Origin: an uncultured Candidatus Rokubacteria bacterium
GTDB lineage: Bacteria; Methylomirabilota; Methylomirabilia; Rokubacteriales; CSP1-6
Assembly: GCA_963754315.1 (NCBI GenBank)
Contig: CAVWFS010000007.1
Location: 576,001-640,000 of the forward strand
Reading direction: 5' to 3'
Length of the DNA stretch: 64,000 nt
Shown here in pieces: positions 18,911-28,229 of the stretch. The position numbers and the translations under genes were made by a program. The notes beneath the pieces are model-generated. The model was not told the origin of the DNA. It saw only the letters and a program-made list of their open reading frames with translations, and searched no databases. The stretch's first letter is position 1, and the number at the start of each line of letters is the position of its first letter.

Positions 18911-19946
18911 GATCCGTGAGCAACGCAGTCAGCGCCTGGGCGAGGCGGTCTGGGCGGCGGGGAGGCACGAGCAGCCCCGTCAAGCCGTCTTCGACCACTT
19001 CCAGGATGCCGCCCACGGACGAGGCCACCACCGGGGTTGCACAGGCCATTGCCTCGAGATTGATGAGCCCGAAGGGCTCGTAGACCGAGGGGCAGCAGAA
19101 CACGGCCGCATGACTGTAGAGCTGGATCACATCCTCCACCGGCAGCATCTGGCCGATCCAGCGGACGTTGGTTTGCCCGCTCACGCGCTGCCGCAGGCGT
19201 TCCTCGATCTCGGGCGTGTCGGGGGCCGACGCGCATAGAACGACCTGGACCCCGGGCGGGAGTGCCGAGGCCGCTTCCAAGAGATCGAAGATTCCCTTCT
19301 GGTCGGTGATGCGACCCACGAAGAGCACGAACGGCTCGCGGACCCCGAGGCGGTCCAGCGCGTCGCGGGCCGTCGTCCGACGATAGCGCGCGGGGTCGAT
19401 CCCGTTGTGGATCACCACCACCCGCGCCGGGTCGACGCGGAAGTGGTGCAGGATGTCCTCGCGCATTCCCGCCGATACCGCCACGATCCGGTCGGCGGCC
19501 TCCACCACCGTTTTCTCGATCCACGTGGAGAGTAAATAGCCGGTGCCGAGCTGATCGGCCTTCCAGGGCCGGAGCGGTTCCATGCTGTGCAGGGTGACGA
19601 CGAGCGGGATGCGATGAAGCATCCGGATGAGCAGACCAGCCATATCCGCGTACCACGTGTGGGCGTGCGCCACATCGGCGTCCACCGGATCGCGCGCCAT
19701 GGCCAAGTCGATGGAGAGCGTTTCCAGGGCCGGTGCGAAGCGGGCACCATCAATCCCGCTCCCCACTCGATCCCAGGGCGTATAGCCCCGCACGATCAGA
19801 GGGGCGGTCGCGGGCGAACGCTCCCCGAAGCAGCGCACCTCGACCGCCATCCGCCGGGCCAATGCTTGGGTGAGCTGGTCCACAACCACCCCCGCTCCCC
19901 CGTAGATGTGGGGCGGGTACTCGCGGGTGAGCATCAGCACCTTCAT
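18771..19946 (-). CDS. glgA: GT4 glycogen synthase of the actinobacterial GlgA/GlgM type
   Basis: LTREYPPHIYGGAG, HAHTWYA, HSMEPLRPWKADQLG, VGRITDQKG, YEPFGLINLEAMAC. Confidence 0.88.
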   Translation of the reverse strand: MKVLMLTREYPPHIYGGAGVVVDQLTQALARRMAVEVRCFGERSPATAPLIVRGYTPWDRVGSGIDGARFAPALETLSIDLAMARDPVDADVAHAHTWYADMAGLLIRMLHRIPLVVTLHSMEPLRPWKADQLGTGYLLSTWIEKTVVEAADRIVAVSAGMREDILHHFRVDPARVVVIHNGIDPARYRRTTARDALDRLGVREPFVLFVGRITDQKGIFDLLEAASALPPGVQVVLCASAPDTPEIEERLRQRVSGQTNVRWIGQMLPVEDVIQLYSHAAVFCCPSVYEPFGLINLEAMACATPVVASSVGGILEVVEDGLTGLLVPPRRPDRLAQALTALLTDRGRAQAMGNAGRARVEERFSWASVAARTETLYAEAIEAFRRETADQ

Positions 19947-19965
19947 CGGCAATGGAGCCCGGTGG

Positions 19966-21364
19966 CTAGGGCGCGGTCGGCGGCGTGTCGCTCCCCGCCT
20001 CCGCCTCCTCGAGGCGCTCGAGCTTGCGCGATACCGTGCGCGGATCGATGCCGAGCAACCGCGCGGTGAGCGTCTTGTTGCCGCGCGTGATGCGCAAGGT
20101 CTCGTCGAGCAATCGCTGCTCGACTTCGGCCAGCGGTGTCCCGATGCGAATGGTCAGCATTCCCTCCGGGATGGGCGTGGCCCCCGAGACCTCCTCGGGC
20201 AGATCGGTGACGTCGATGACCGATCCCCGCGCCAGCACCACTCCGCGCTCGATCACGTTTTCGAGCTCGCGGACATTGCCGGGCCAGGCGTACGCCTCCA
20301 GTCGCTTGAGCGCATCCTCGGTGAGGCCCTCCAGCTTCCGGTTGTTCTTGGCCGCATAGAAGCTGACGAAGTGTTGAGCCAGGAGCCGGATATCTTCGCG
20401 CCGTTCCCGGAGCGGCGGCACGCGGATGGTGATGACGTTCAGGCGATAGTAGAGGTCTTCGCGGAAGCGCTTCTCCTTCTCCCGCACGAGCTGCGCGAGG
20501 TCCTGGTTGGTGGCCGCGATCACCCGCACGTCGACCTTGATCGTCTTCGTCCCGCCCAGGCGCTCGAACTCCCCCTCCTGCAGAACGCGCAGGATTTTGG
20601 GCTGGGTGACCGGGGAGAGATCGGCCACCTCGTCGAGGAAGAGGGTGCCCCCATCGGCCAGCTCGAAGCGGCCTTCTTTGCGAATCACCGCCCCCGTGAA
20701 CGCGCCCTTTTCGTAGCCGAACAGCTCCGACTCCAGCAGCTGCTCAGGCAGCGCGGCGCAATTCACGGCCACGAAGGGACCCCGGCGGCGCGCCGAGCGC
20801 TCGTGGATCTTGGTGGCCGCGCCCTCTTTACCCGTGCCGCTCTCGCCGATCAGCAAGACCGTCGCGGAGCTATCCGCCACCTGGTCAACGACCGTCATCA
20901 TGCGCCGAAAGGCCGGGCTCTCGCCGATGTACTGGGGCTTGCCTCTCAGGTTCTCGATCTGCTGCCGAAGATCCTTGTTTTGCTCGATGAGCGCCCGGCG
21001 CTCCAAGGCCTTGGTCACGATCTTGAGAAGCTGCTCACCCCGAAACGGCTTGGTGATGAAATCGTAGGCGCCATCCTTCATGGCGCTCACGGCTTCCTCG
21101 ACGGTGCCGAAGGCCGTGAGCAGGATGACGTCGACGTCGATGGGAATGGCCTTGATGGCTCGCAGCAACTCGATGCCCGTGAGTCCAGGCATCTTGAGGT
21201 CCGTGAGCACGAGGTCGACTCCGCCCCCTTGCAACTGTTCGAGCGCTCCCCGCCCGTCGGAGGCGAGCACGACCCGGTAGCCGGCGCGAGTCAAGGTGCG
21301 CTGCAGGCTTTCGCGAAGGCCCGGGTCGTCGTCGGCGACCAGGAGGGTGGCGGGATCAAGACAT
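19966..21364 (-). CDS. Sigma-54-dependent response regulator (NtrC/AtoC family)
   Basis: REC domain (LVADDD, DLKMP), GESGTGKE, GAFTGA, WPGNVRELEN, Fis-HTH. ATG 21364 is one base out of frame (probable extra base near 21358). Confidence 0.93.
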
Positions 21365-22673
21365 GAGCGGGGCGCTTGGCGGGGAGTGCGATGGTGAAGA
21401 TCGCGCCCCGTGGGCCGTTGGACCATCGAAGCTCACCGCCATGCTCCTCGGTGATCTGCCGCGCGATGGAGAGGCCGAGACCGGTGCCTTGGGGCTTGGT
21501 GGTGAAGAAGGGCTCGAAGAGCCGCCGGCTGACGTCGTCCGCGATGCCACCGCCCGTGTCTGCCACCGAGACTTCGACGGTACTCCCCACAAAGCGGCTG
21601 GCGATGGTGATCTCGCCGCCGCTGGACAGCGCGTCCATGCCGTTCTTGACGAGATTCAAGACCGCCTGGCGAAGCAGGCCTCGGTCGATGTCCAGCAGCG
21701 GGACATTGGCGTCGGTCTCCACGCGCACGGTCAGGCCCTGGCGGGCGGCCAAGGGGCGGATGAACTCGGCGAGTTCTTCCACCAGGTGATTCACGGACTC
21801 CTCCTCGAAGTGCGGTTTGGGGAACCGAGCGAACTGCAGATATTCCTCGGTCAACGCGTCGAGCGTGCTCACCTGGTCCAGAATACCCTCCACGAGATGC
21901 TTCGCCTCATCAATATCGGGGCCGGCCTGCTCCCGCACGATATCCTGCAAGATCTCCGCGTTCAGCTCGATCGCGCTAATGGGGTTGCGCACTTCGTGAG
22001 CGACCTTGAGTGACAATCGTCCCACGGTCGCCATGCGCTCGGCCACCAGGAGTTCGCCCTGGGCCGTTTCCAGGCGCGTGAGAGTCCCCTTCAACTCCTC
22101 GTTCAGGCGCTCTACCTCGGCCCGCGTCCGGCGCTCACGCTCGGCGACGAGGCCCAGTGTCACTGCAGGCAGGCCCGCCAGCATCGAGACGATGAAGACT
22201 GGAGTCCAACCCGCCCACGGCGGGACGAGCGCCGCCGCCAGGCCGTAGAGACCCCCCGCGGCCAGGGCCGCCCCCAGGCCCACCACCGGGCCGAAATAGT
22301 AGGCGTTGATGGCGACCAGAGGGAAAAAGAGCAGGTAGAACACACTCTCGACACCGCCGGTCAAGCAGAGGATCGCGAAGACCAGACAGAGGTCGACGGC
22401 AAGCGCGCCCAGGAAGATCAGCCGTGTCGCGCGCGGGTACACGGTGACCAGGGCGAACACGCCCAGCTTGTAGGCGGCGAACCAAAACACCAGCCGATAG
22501 AGGTCGACTTGATGGCGAGGTCGGAGTGGGAACAAGCCCAAGGTGGCCAGACCTCCGACCATGCCCACGGCGAGCAGCACCGCGAAGACGCGCTCGTCGC
22601 GCTCCAGCAGGCGGAAGAGGACGGTCAGGGGCTTGCGTTCGGCGGAGGCTATTGGCGGTGCGACGACTGTCAT
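21291..22673 (-). CDS. Membrane sensor histidine kinase
   Basis: About 6 TM segments, AHEVRNP H-box, NLVKNG, DTGGG, FFTTK, GTGLGL. The true stop is probably 21356 if the extra base is an error. Confidence 0.92.
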   Translation of the reverse strand: MTVVAPPIASAERKPLTVLFRLLERDERVFAVLLAVGMVGGLATLGLFPLRPRHQVDLYRLVFWFAAYKLGVFALVTVYPRATRLIFLGALAVDLCLVFAILCLTGGVESVFYLLFFPLVAINAYYFGPVVGLGAALAAGGLYGLAAALVPPWAGWTPVFIVSMLAGLPAVTLGLVAERERRTRAEVERLNEELKGTLTRLETAQGELLVAERMATVGRLSLKVAHEVRNPISAIELNAEILQDIVREQAGPDIDEAKHLVEGILDQVSTLDALTEEYLQFARFPKPHFEEESVNHLVEELAEFIRPLAARQGLTVRVETDANVPLLDIDRGLLRQAVLNLVKNGMDALSSGGEITIASRFVGSTVEVSVADTGGGIADDVSRRLFEPFFTTKPQGTGLGLSIARQITEEHGGELRWSNGPRGAIFTIALPAKRPAHVLIPPPSWSPTTTRAFAKACSAP

Positions 22674-22725
22674 TCTCGGTGACGCGACTATAGCACCAGT
22701 GTATACTGCCGCCCATCCCGCCGTG

Positions 22726-23805
22726 ATGACGCGCATGATTCTGCACACCGAGGCGTCGCTCGGTTTCGGCGGACAGGAGCTCAGGATTCTCACCGAGATT
22801 CGCTGGCTCCTCGAGCACGGGTGGCGAGCCGGCTTGGCGTGCCAACCGGCGAGCCGGCTGCTCGCGGAGGCCCGCGCGGCGGAGATCCCCACCTGGGTGG
22901 TCTCCATGGTTCGCCCGTTCAGCCTGCCGGCGGTCATGCGCATGCGGCGCCTGTTCCGACAGGCTGCCGTCGATCTCGTTCACACCCACAGCTCGGTCGA
23001 TAGCTGGGTGGCGGCCTTGGCCGCGAAGTCGCTCGGACGAGCGGTCGTCCGGAGCCGACACGTCTCGATCCGGATCGGAAAGGGGCGAGGGCTCGTCTAC
23101 CGACTCGCCGACCGCGTCATCACGAGCGGCGAGCACGTGAAGCGCGTGGTCGTCGCCGCCGGCGTCTCCGCCGACCGGGTGATCGCCATTCCCGCTGGCC
23201 TCGACGGGACGCGGTTCCACGCCGGTGTCTCCGGCAACGCTGTTCGCGCCGAGTTGGGTCTCACCGGGCCGGTGGTGGGGCTGGTGGCGAACATCCGCGG
23301 CTCGAAGGGACATCGCTTCTTCCTGGAGGCGGCCCCCCGCGTGCTGGCGGCGTGCCCCACCGCGCGTTTCCTCATCGTCGGCGACGGCGTGGGGTTCGAT
23401 GACGTCAGACGACGGGTTCACGACATGCACCTCGAGGATCGCGTCGTCTTGACAGGATTTCGCCGCGACATCCCCGAGGTCATGGCTGCCCTGGATGTGC
23501 TCGCGTTGCCGTCGATCCGGTCCGAGGCCTTCCCCCAGGTCATCGCGCAGGCGCTGGCGGTGGGGACGGCCGTGGTCGGTACCACCGTGGGTGGCATCCC
23601 CGAGATCATCCGCGACCATGACACCGGGCGCCTGGTCCCACCCGAGGATGCCCGCGCTCTTGCCGACGCCATGATCGATCTGCTACGCGACCCAGCGGCC
23701 GCACGCGCCATGGCGCGACGCGGTCAGGCGCTCGTCCACGAGCGCTACACCATCGACGGCATGATGAAGGCGACCACCGACGTGTACCGCGAGCTTCTCG
23801 CCTGA
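22726..23805 (+). CDS. GT4 glycosyltransferase (LPS/envelope type)
   Basis: ILHTEASLGFGGQE, HTHSSVDSW, KGH, EAFPQVIAQA, VGGIPE. Confidence 0.9.
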   Translation: MTRMILHTEASLGFGGQELRILTEIRWLLEHGWRAGLACQPASRLLAEARAAEIPTWVVSMVRPFSLPAVMRMRRLFRQAAVDLVHTHSSVDSWVAALAAKSLGRAVVRSRHVSIRIGKGRGLVYRLADRVITSGEHVKRVVVAAGVSADRVIAIPAGLDGTRFHAGVSGNAVRAELGLTGPVVGLVANIRGSKGHRFFLEAAPRVLAACPTARFLIVGDGVGFDDVRRRVHDMHLEDRVVLTGFRRDIPEVMAALDVLALPSIRSEAFPQVIAQALAVGTAVVGTTVGGIPEIIRDHDTGRLVPPEDARALADAMIDLLRDPAAARAMARRGQALVHERYTIDGMMKATTDVYRELLA

Positions 23806-24557
23806 TGGTCCACGTGGGAACCTCCGGCTACAACTATCCCGCCTGGCGTGGGTCGTTCTATCCAGAGCGCCTGGCGGCCGCCGCCATGCTGCCCTTCTAC
23901 GCCGAACGATTCGAGACCGTGGAGATCAACGCGAGCTTCTACCGCGTGCCCACGCCGAAGACCATCGGCGGGTGGTCCGCCGCCACCCCGGCCGCCTTCG
24001 TGTTCGCGCTGAAGGTCCCCCAGCGAATCACCCACATGGGCCGGCTTGTCAACGTGGACGAGCCGCTCCAGTTCTTTTGCCAGACGGCGCGAGGGCTCGG
24101 GTCCAAGCTCGGGCCCCTTCTGTTCCAGCTGCCGCCAACCTTTCGGAAGGACACTGGTCGGCTGGCGGGCGTGCTCACGCGGGTGCCGGCCGACCTGAGG
24201 GTCGCCTTTGAGTTCCGGCACCCGTCATGGTTCTGCGACGAAGTCTACGATGTGCTGCGCGGGCGCGACGCCGCCCTATGCATCGTCGACCTTGAGGAGG
24301 GCACCACGCCCGACGTGGCCACGGCCTCGTGGGGGTACGTGCGACTGCGCGACCGCGCTTACACGGACGCCGCGCTCGATGGGTGGGCGACCGGTCTGGC
24401 GCGCATCGCCTGGCGGGACGCATTCGCGTACCTCAAGCACGAGGACACCGGCCTCGGGCCCGCCCTGGCCGCCCGGCTCGTCGCGCGGCTGCCGCCCTCG
24501 GCCTTACCTGGCCAAGATCAGGGAGAGCTTCAGACGGACAGTCGGATCGCCCAGTGA
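23805..24557 (+). CDS. DUF72 family protein
   Basis: VGTSGYNY, FETVEINASFY, LKVPQRITH, LLFQLPP, AFEFRHPSW. Confidence 0.92.
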   Translation: MVHVGTSGYNYPAWRGSFYPERLAAAAMLPFYAERFETVEINASFYRVPTPKTIGGWSAATPAAFVFALKVPQRITHMGRLVNVDEPLQFFCQTARGLGSKLGPLLFQLPPTFRKDTGRLAGVLTRVPADLRVAFEFRHPSWFCDEVYDVLRGRDAALCIVDLEEGTTPDVATASWGYVRLRDRAYTDAALDGWATGLARIAWRDAFAYLKHEDTGLGPALAARLVARLPPSALPGQDQGELQTDSRIAQ

Positions 24558-25206
24558 GTACTCCCTTGGGCCGCACAGGCTCGCAACACCCTCGGCCCGA
24601 GTCATCCGGGTTCACCAGGTAGAGCGGGATCCTGGAGGGCGGTATCGTGAACGGGAGCTGGAACGTGCCTCGGACCTCGCCGTTGGTCCTCCAACCGTCC
24701 AGTGGCCCCCCGGGCGTCCCTGCGGCTTCCCATCGTCCGGAGAGCAGGCCGAGGCGGGACATTCTCAAATATGGCGGGGCTCAGATCGATCGTCCCGTCG
24801 AACAGCCTTCCCATCGAGGATGATTCCCTCCGGGCTATCGACATTGTTGTCGAGTTGGGTCACCACCCAGAAGTCGCCCTGGACTGGCCCGCGCCCGGTC
24901 GTCGAGACTGATGTCATCGGACGCCAAGATGACCAGATCGCAGAAGCGAACCTTGAGTTTCTTCGGGCAGATGGTGACCCCGGCCTCGACTGTGCCGACC
25001 AGGGTCGAGGTCGCCTGCCGGCGTTGGGGCGGATTCGACCCGATAAACATGCCCCATTCCGCAACTTCGTAGACGGTAGCCGCATCCGAGTCCCTGTCCG
25101 GCTCTGGCTTGTGCCACCCTTTCTCGTCCGCGAAGGCGGTGACCGGGTTGAGTAGAGCTGCTGAACCAGCGACGAGCAGGCTTATCCAAAGAGCACACAG
25201 ACGCAT
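24504..25206 (-). pseudogene. Secreted hypothetical protein (about 232 aa) interrupted by four +1 indels
   Basis: Signal peptide MRLCALWISLLVAGSAALLNPVTAFA. Segments in successive frames join into one protein ending EYSLGDPTVRLKLSLILAR*. The span is 703 nt = 233 codons + 4. Confidence 0.6.
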
Positions 25207-25237
25207 ATCGTGATCCTCCTAAAATATCGTAAGAGCC

Positions 25238-25877
25238 TCAATGTAGGCACGAACAGGTTCGGTTGCCACCTCCAGGCGCGAACAGGTTCGCAGCTAGTGC
25301 CCCATCTACGACACAGATGTAGCCACGCTCAAACAGGTCGTCGCAGCCCAGGCGGCACATCAACTTCACGTTGCGTCGGAAGTCGCGCCGTTCCTGATCC
25401 TGGCACGCTGCCCGATGCTTGATGTGAGCGGCCACGAGGAGGTCCACTCCAAACACTTTCTCGCACGGGAAGCAAGTCCCTTGGTCCTGGTCACGCAGGA
25501 GTTTCGCGCGAAGAAATTGCTGTTCCTGCCGGCGGATCTGGGCGTTCTCCTCGGTGAAGACCCGCCATGGGTGCGCGCGTAGTCGTTGAGGACTCTCTCC
25601 CACGCCTGCCACATATCTTCCAAGAGATCGAAGACGACGCGCTTGTCGGCGTAGCCAAATGGTGCGCTGCACATGACTCCTACAGAATCCCGATCCGTGG
25701 TGGTGGATTGCCGGGCCGGTTGTACTCGACGCGCACATGGCGCAGACCAGGGCCAACGAACAGGCTAGGGGGCGGCTCGATCAGGCCGAGGGCGACCCGA
25801 AGCTGGGTGACCTCTTCTCGCAGCCGGGCGATCTGGGCCTGGCACTCTTGGCACGTCTGGACATGCGAGGTGTTCAT
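25238..25877 (-). pseudogene. Fragmented HNH-type endonuclease
   Basis: RQEQQFLR...CFPC...LLVAAHIKHRAAC...LMCRLGCDDLFERGYI resembles the HNH_2 restriction-type domain. The upstream part is split across frames. Confidence 0.55.
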
Positions 25878-25901
25878 GGTGTGGGCTCCATCACGTAGCC
25901 G

Positions 25902-26100
25902 TCATTGGCTAGCGCCCATTGGACAATCCTGTCTCAGGGCGATCGTGAGGAGTTTCACCCCTGCCGGGAAATACTTGTGGACCCTTCGGACAAAAGACTC
26001 TGATACGTAGATGTTCCCACTGCCATCGGCGGTGAGGGCTCCCGGGTGGTCCAGGCCACTAGCGAAGACTCCGAGGTCATCTCCAGCGGCGGAGTATTGC
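25902..26100 (-). pseudogene. NHL/beta-propeller repeat fragment
   Basis: GVFASGLDHPGALTADGSGNIYVSESFVRRVHKY is a single NHL-like blade with no convincing start. Confidence 0.5.
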
Positions 26101-26213
26101 AACGTGCATAACCCACTAAGAACGCGACCCTGCGACCATGATGACCTCATTGACCATCCACGTTGGGTGTAATCCCCTCTAACACCTAGCATCCGCCAGA
26201 GTGAGAGGCGCCG

Positions 26214-26242
26214 TCTTGACATCCAGCGTCACTTTCTTGACA
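26214..26242. promoter_or_regulatory. TCTTGACA direct repeat, 21-bp period (candidate AraC-type operator)
   Basis: Copies at 26214-26221 and 26235-26242, just upstream of the AraC gene. Confidence 0.5.
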
Positions 26243-26274
26243 CTCGAGCTCGGAGGTCGGCAGGGGCGGGGCGC

Positions 26275-27333
26275 GTGCGCACGACACCGGTGATCTCTCT
26301 GGCCGCGACGACCGGCCTGATCGGCGCGATCGCCACGGGTGGCGGCGACCCCGACCAGGTCCTGCGCTCCTGCGGGCTATCTCGCCGGGACGTCTCGAAT
26401 CCGCACGGGTTCGTCGCCTGTTCTATCTTTGCTCGCCTCCTCGAAACGGTGGCCCAGGCCACCGGCGACGCCTGTTTCGGACTCCACTTCGGGGAGCACT
26501 ACAACCCGAAGAACGTGGGCGCCGTGACATACCTCGTACTGAACTCGCCCACGTTCGCGATGGGATTCGAGACCTTGGCGCGCTACCTGAACGCTCACAA
26601 CGAAGGGGCACGGGTGTCTTTTGCCATCGAAGGGGAATGGGCATACGTTCGACACGAGATCACCGACCCGTCCATCGAGTCTCCACGGCAGCTCAACGAG
26701 TACAGCATGACGGTGGGGCGAAACACGATCCGCCTCATGGCCGGAAGCCAGTGGGCCCCGGTCGAGGTCCAGTTCGCCCACCCCGCGCCGTCCGATGTGG
26801 CGGAGCACATCAGGGTGTTCGGTGCGCCGGTCTCGTTTGGCTGTACGACGAACGCGTTCGTCATCGAGCGCGAGTTCGTCGACCGGCTGGTGCCGTCCGC
26901 CGACGAACGTCTCTACCCGATCCTGAAGCGATATCTCGAGCGGGTCCTCGCGGAGATGCCGCGCGAGGACGGCCTGCTCACCTCGGTCCGCAGGGCAGTC
27001 GGGGAGTCGCTGCGCGACGGCGATCCGAGCCTCGCACGGGTGGCGGGGAAGATCGCGATAGGCCAGCGCACGCTGCAGAGACGTCTGAGGGAGCAGGGCG
27101 TCGACTTCAAGTGGCTGGTCGAGGACACGCGCCGACGCTTCTCGCTCGACTACCTCCGAGACCGCAAGCACACGTTCGCCGAGATCGCCTGCCTTCTGGG
27201 GTACTCGGAAGTCAGCGCGTTCAATCGCGCTTTCAAGCGCTGGACCGGCTCAACACCCTCGGACTACCGGCGCCGGGTCGTGAGAGACGCGAGCCGGTCG
27301 ATCGGCTCGGTCCCACTCCAGAGCCAAACGTGA
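26275..27333 (+). CDS. AraC-family transcriptional regulator (OruR-like N-terminal domain)
   Basis: TGDACFGLHFG, RTLQRRL, EIACLLGYSEVSAFNRAFKRWTGSTP. Confidence 0.93.
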   Translation: MRTTPVISLAATTGLIGAIATGGGDPDQVLRSCGLSRRDVSNPHGFVACSIFARLLETVAQATGDACFGLHFGEHYNPKNVGAVTYLVLNSPTFAMGFETLARYLNAHNEGARVSFAIEGEWAYVRHEITDPSIESPRQLNEYSMTVGRNTIRLMAGSQWAPVEVQFAHPAPSDVAEHIRVFGAPVSFGCTTNAFVIEREFVDRLVPSADERLYPILKRYLERVLAEMPREDGLLTSVRRAVGESLRDGDPSLARVAGKIAIGQRTLQRRLREQGVDFKWLVEDTRRRFSLDYLRDRKHTFAEIACLLGYSEVSAFNRAFKRWTGSTPSDYRRRVVRDASRSIGSVPLQSQT

Positions 27334-27773
27334 CAGTGCGGCGTCATCGCGCCATAAGCTCGCGTCGAAGTCACCGCCTTGCGTTGCAGTCCCAGTAGCT
27401 CGCCGTCCAGCCGAGGATGCAACCGCCAGGACATCCTCGAACGTCACGTTGGCGGTCATCGCTTCTGTGGCGTTCATGCTCTGTGTCCCCTCTCTCTTGG
27501 GTCTTCCTGTCTTTGGTCTCATCCATACCATCGACTCAAATAGCGAGCCTGGCCGCCGACGGCTCCCGCGTTCGGGCGGAGAGCGCTCCGGGCGACGGCG
27601 CCGGCCAGCGTGTCTGGTGTGCCAAGAATGTGCTTCTGAGGGATGGGCAACGCCCTCGACGCGAACGGCGCCACACGGCCACGCTAGCGAGCGGCGAGCA
27701 CGAGTGCACCACAGGCCCCGTTGCGGACCCGCCGGGCCAGGTAATGCCGTCTAATCCCCTACGAGAACGCGCT

Positions 27774-28183
27774 CTAGCTGCTCCACTGCCCCACTTGCGA
27801 GCACGTCCCAGCCAAGCCTGCCAGCACGGTGAGGGCAGCCGCCAGCGCAGTCTCAGGGACAGATGGCAGCGACTGCGCGAACGCCGGCATGCAGGCCAGG
27901 GTGGTGCTCACCGTGACGAAGACGGTGATGCTGTACGCGACCGAGCCAGTACAGGCCGACCTCGCGCGTCCACAGCCACCATCACGAAGGCAGCCAGGAG
28001 CGCCAGCCCTACGAAGATCGGGTTGAAGGCGCCCGGGGGCGTCCCGTTCTTGCGCGCCATCTCGTGGGCACCGCGATCGGCGAGGTCGGGTCCTTGGCGA
28101 TCTCTTCGGCGAGGAACGACTCGGGCTGGACCCAGGCGAACTCTCCCCTTCTTTTTCGGAAGTGTGACGCCGACGATTCCATG
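27774..28183 (-). pseudogene. Degraded or frameshifted membrane-protein fragments
   Basis: Protein-like pieces in different frames (GEFAWVQPESFLAEEIAKDPTSPIAV; MARKNGTPPGAFNPIFVGLALLAAFVMVAV; SVAYSITVFVTVSTTL). No family recognised. Confidence 0.3.
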
Positions 28184-28229
28184 AGACGTAGCCCTGAGCG
28201 GGGCGGTCAGCCCGCGACTTGCCACCAGC

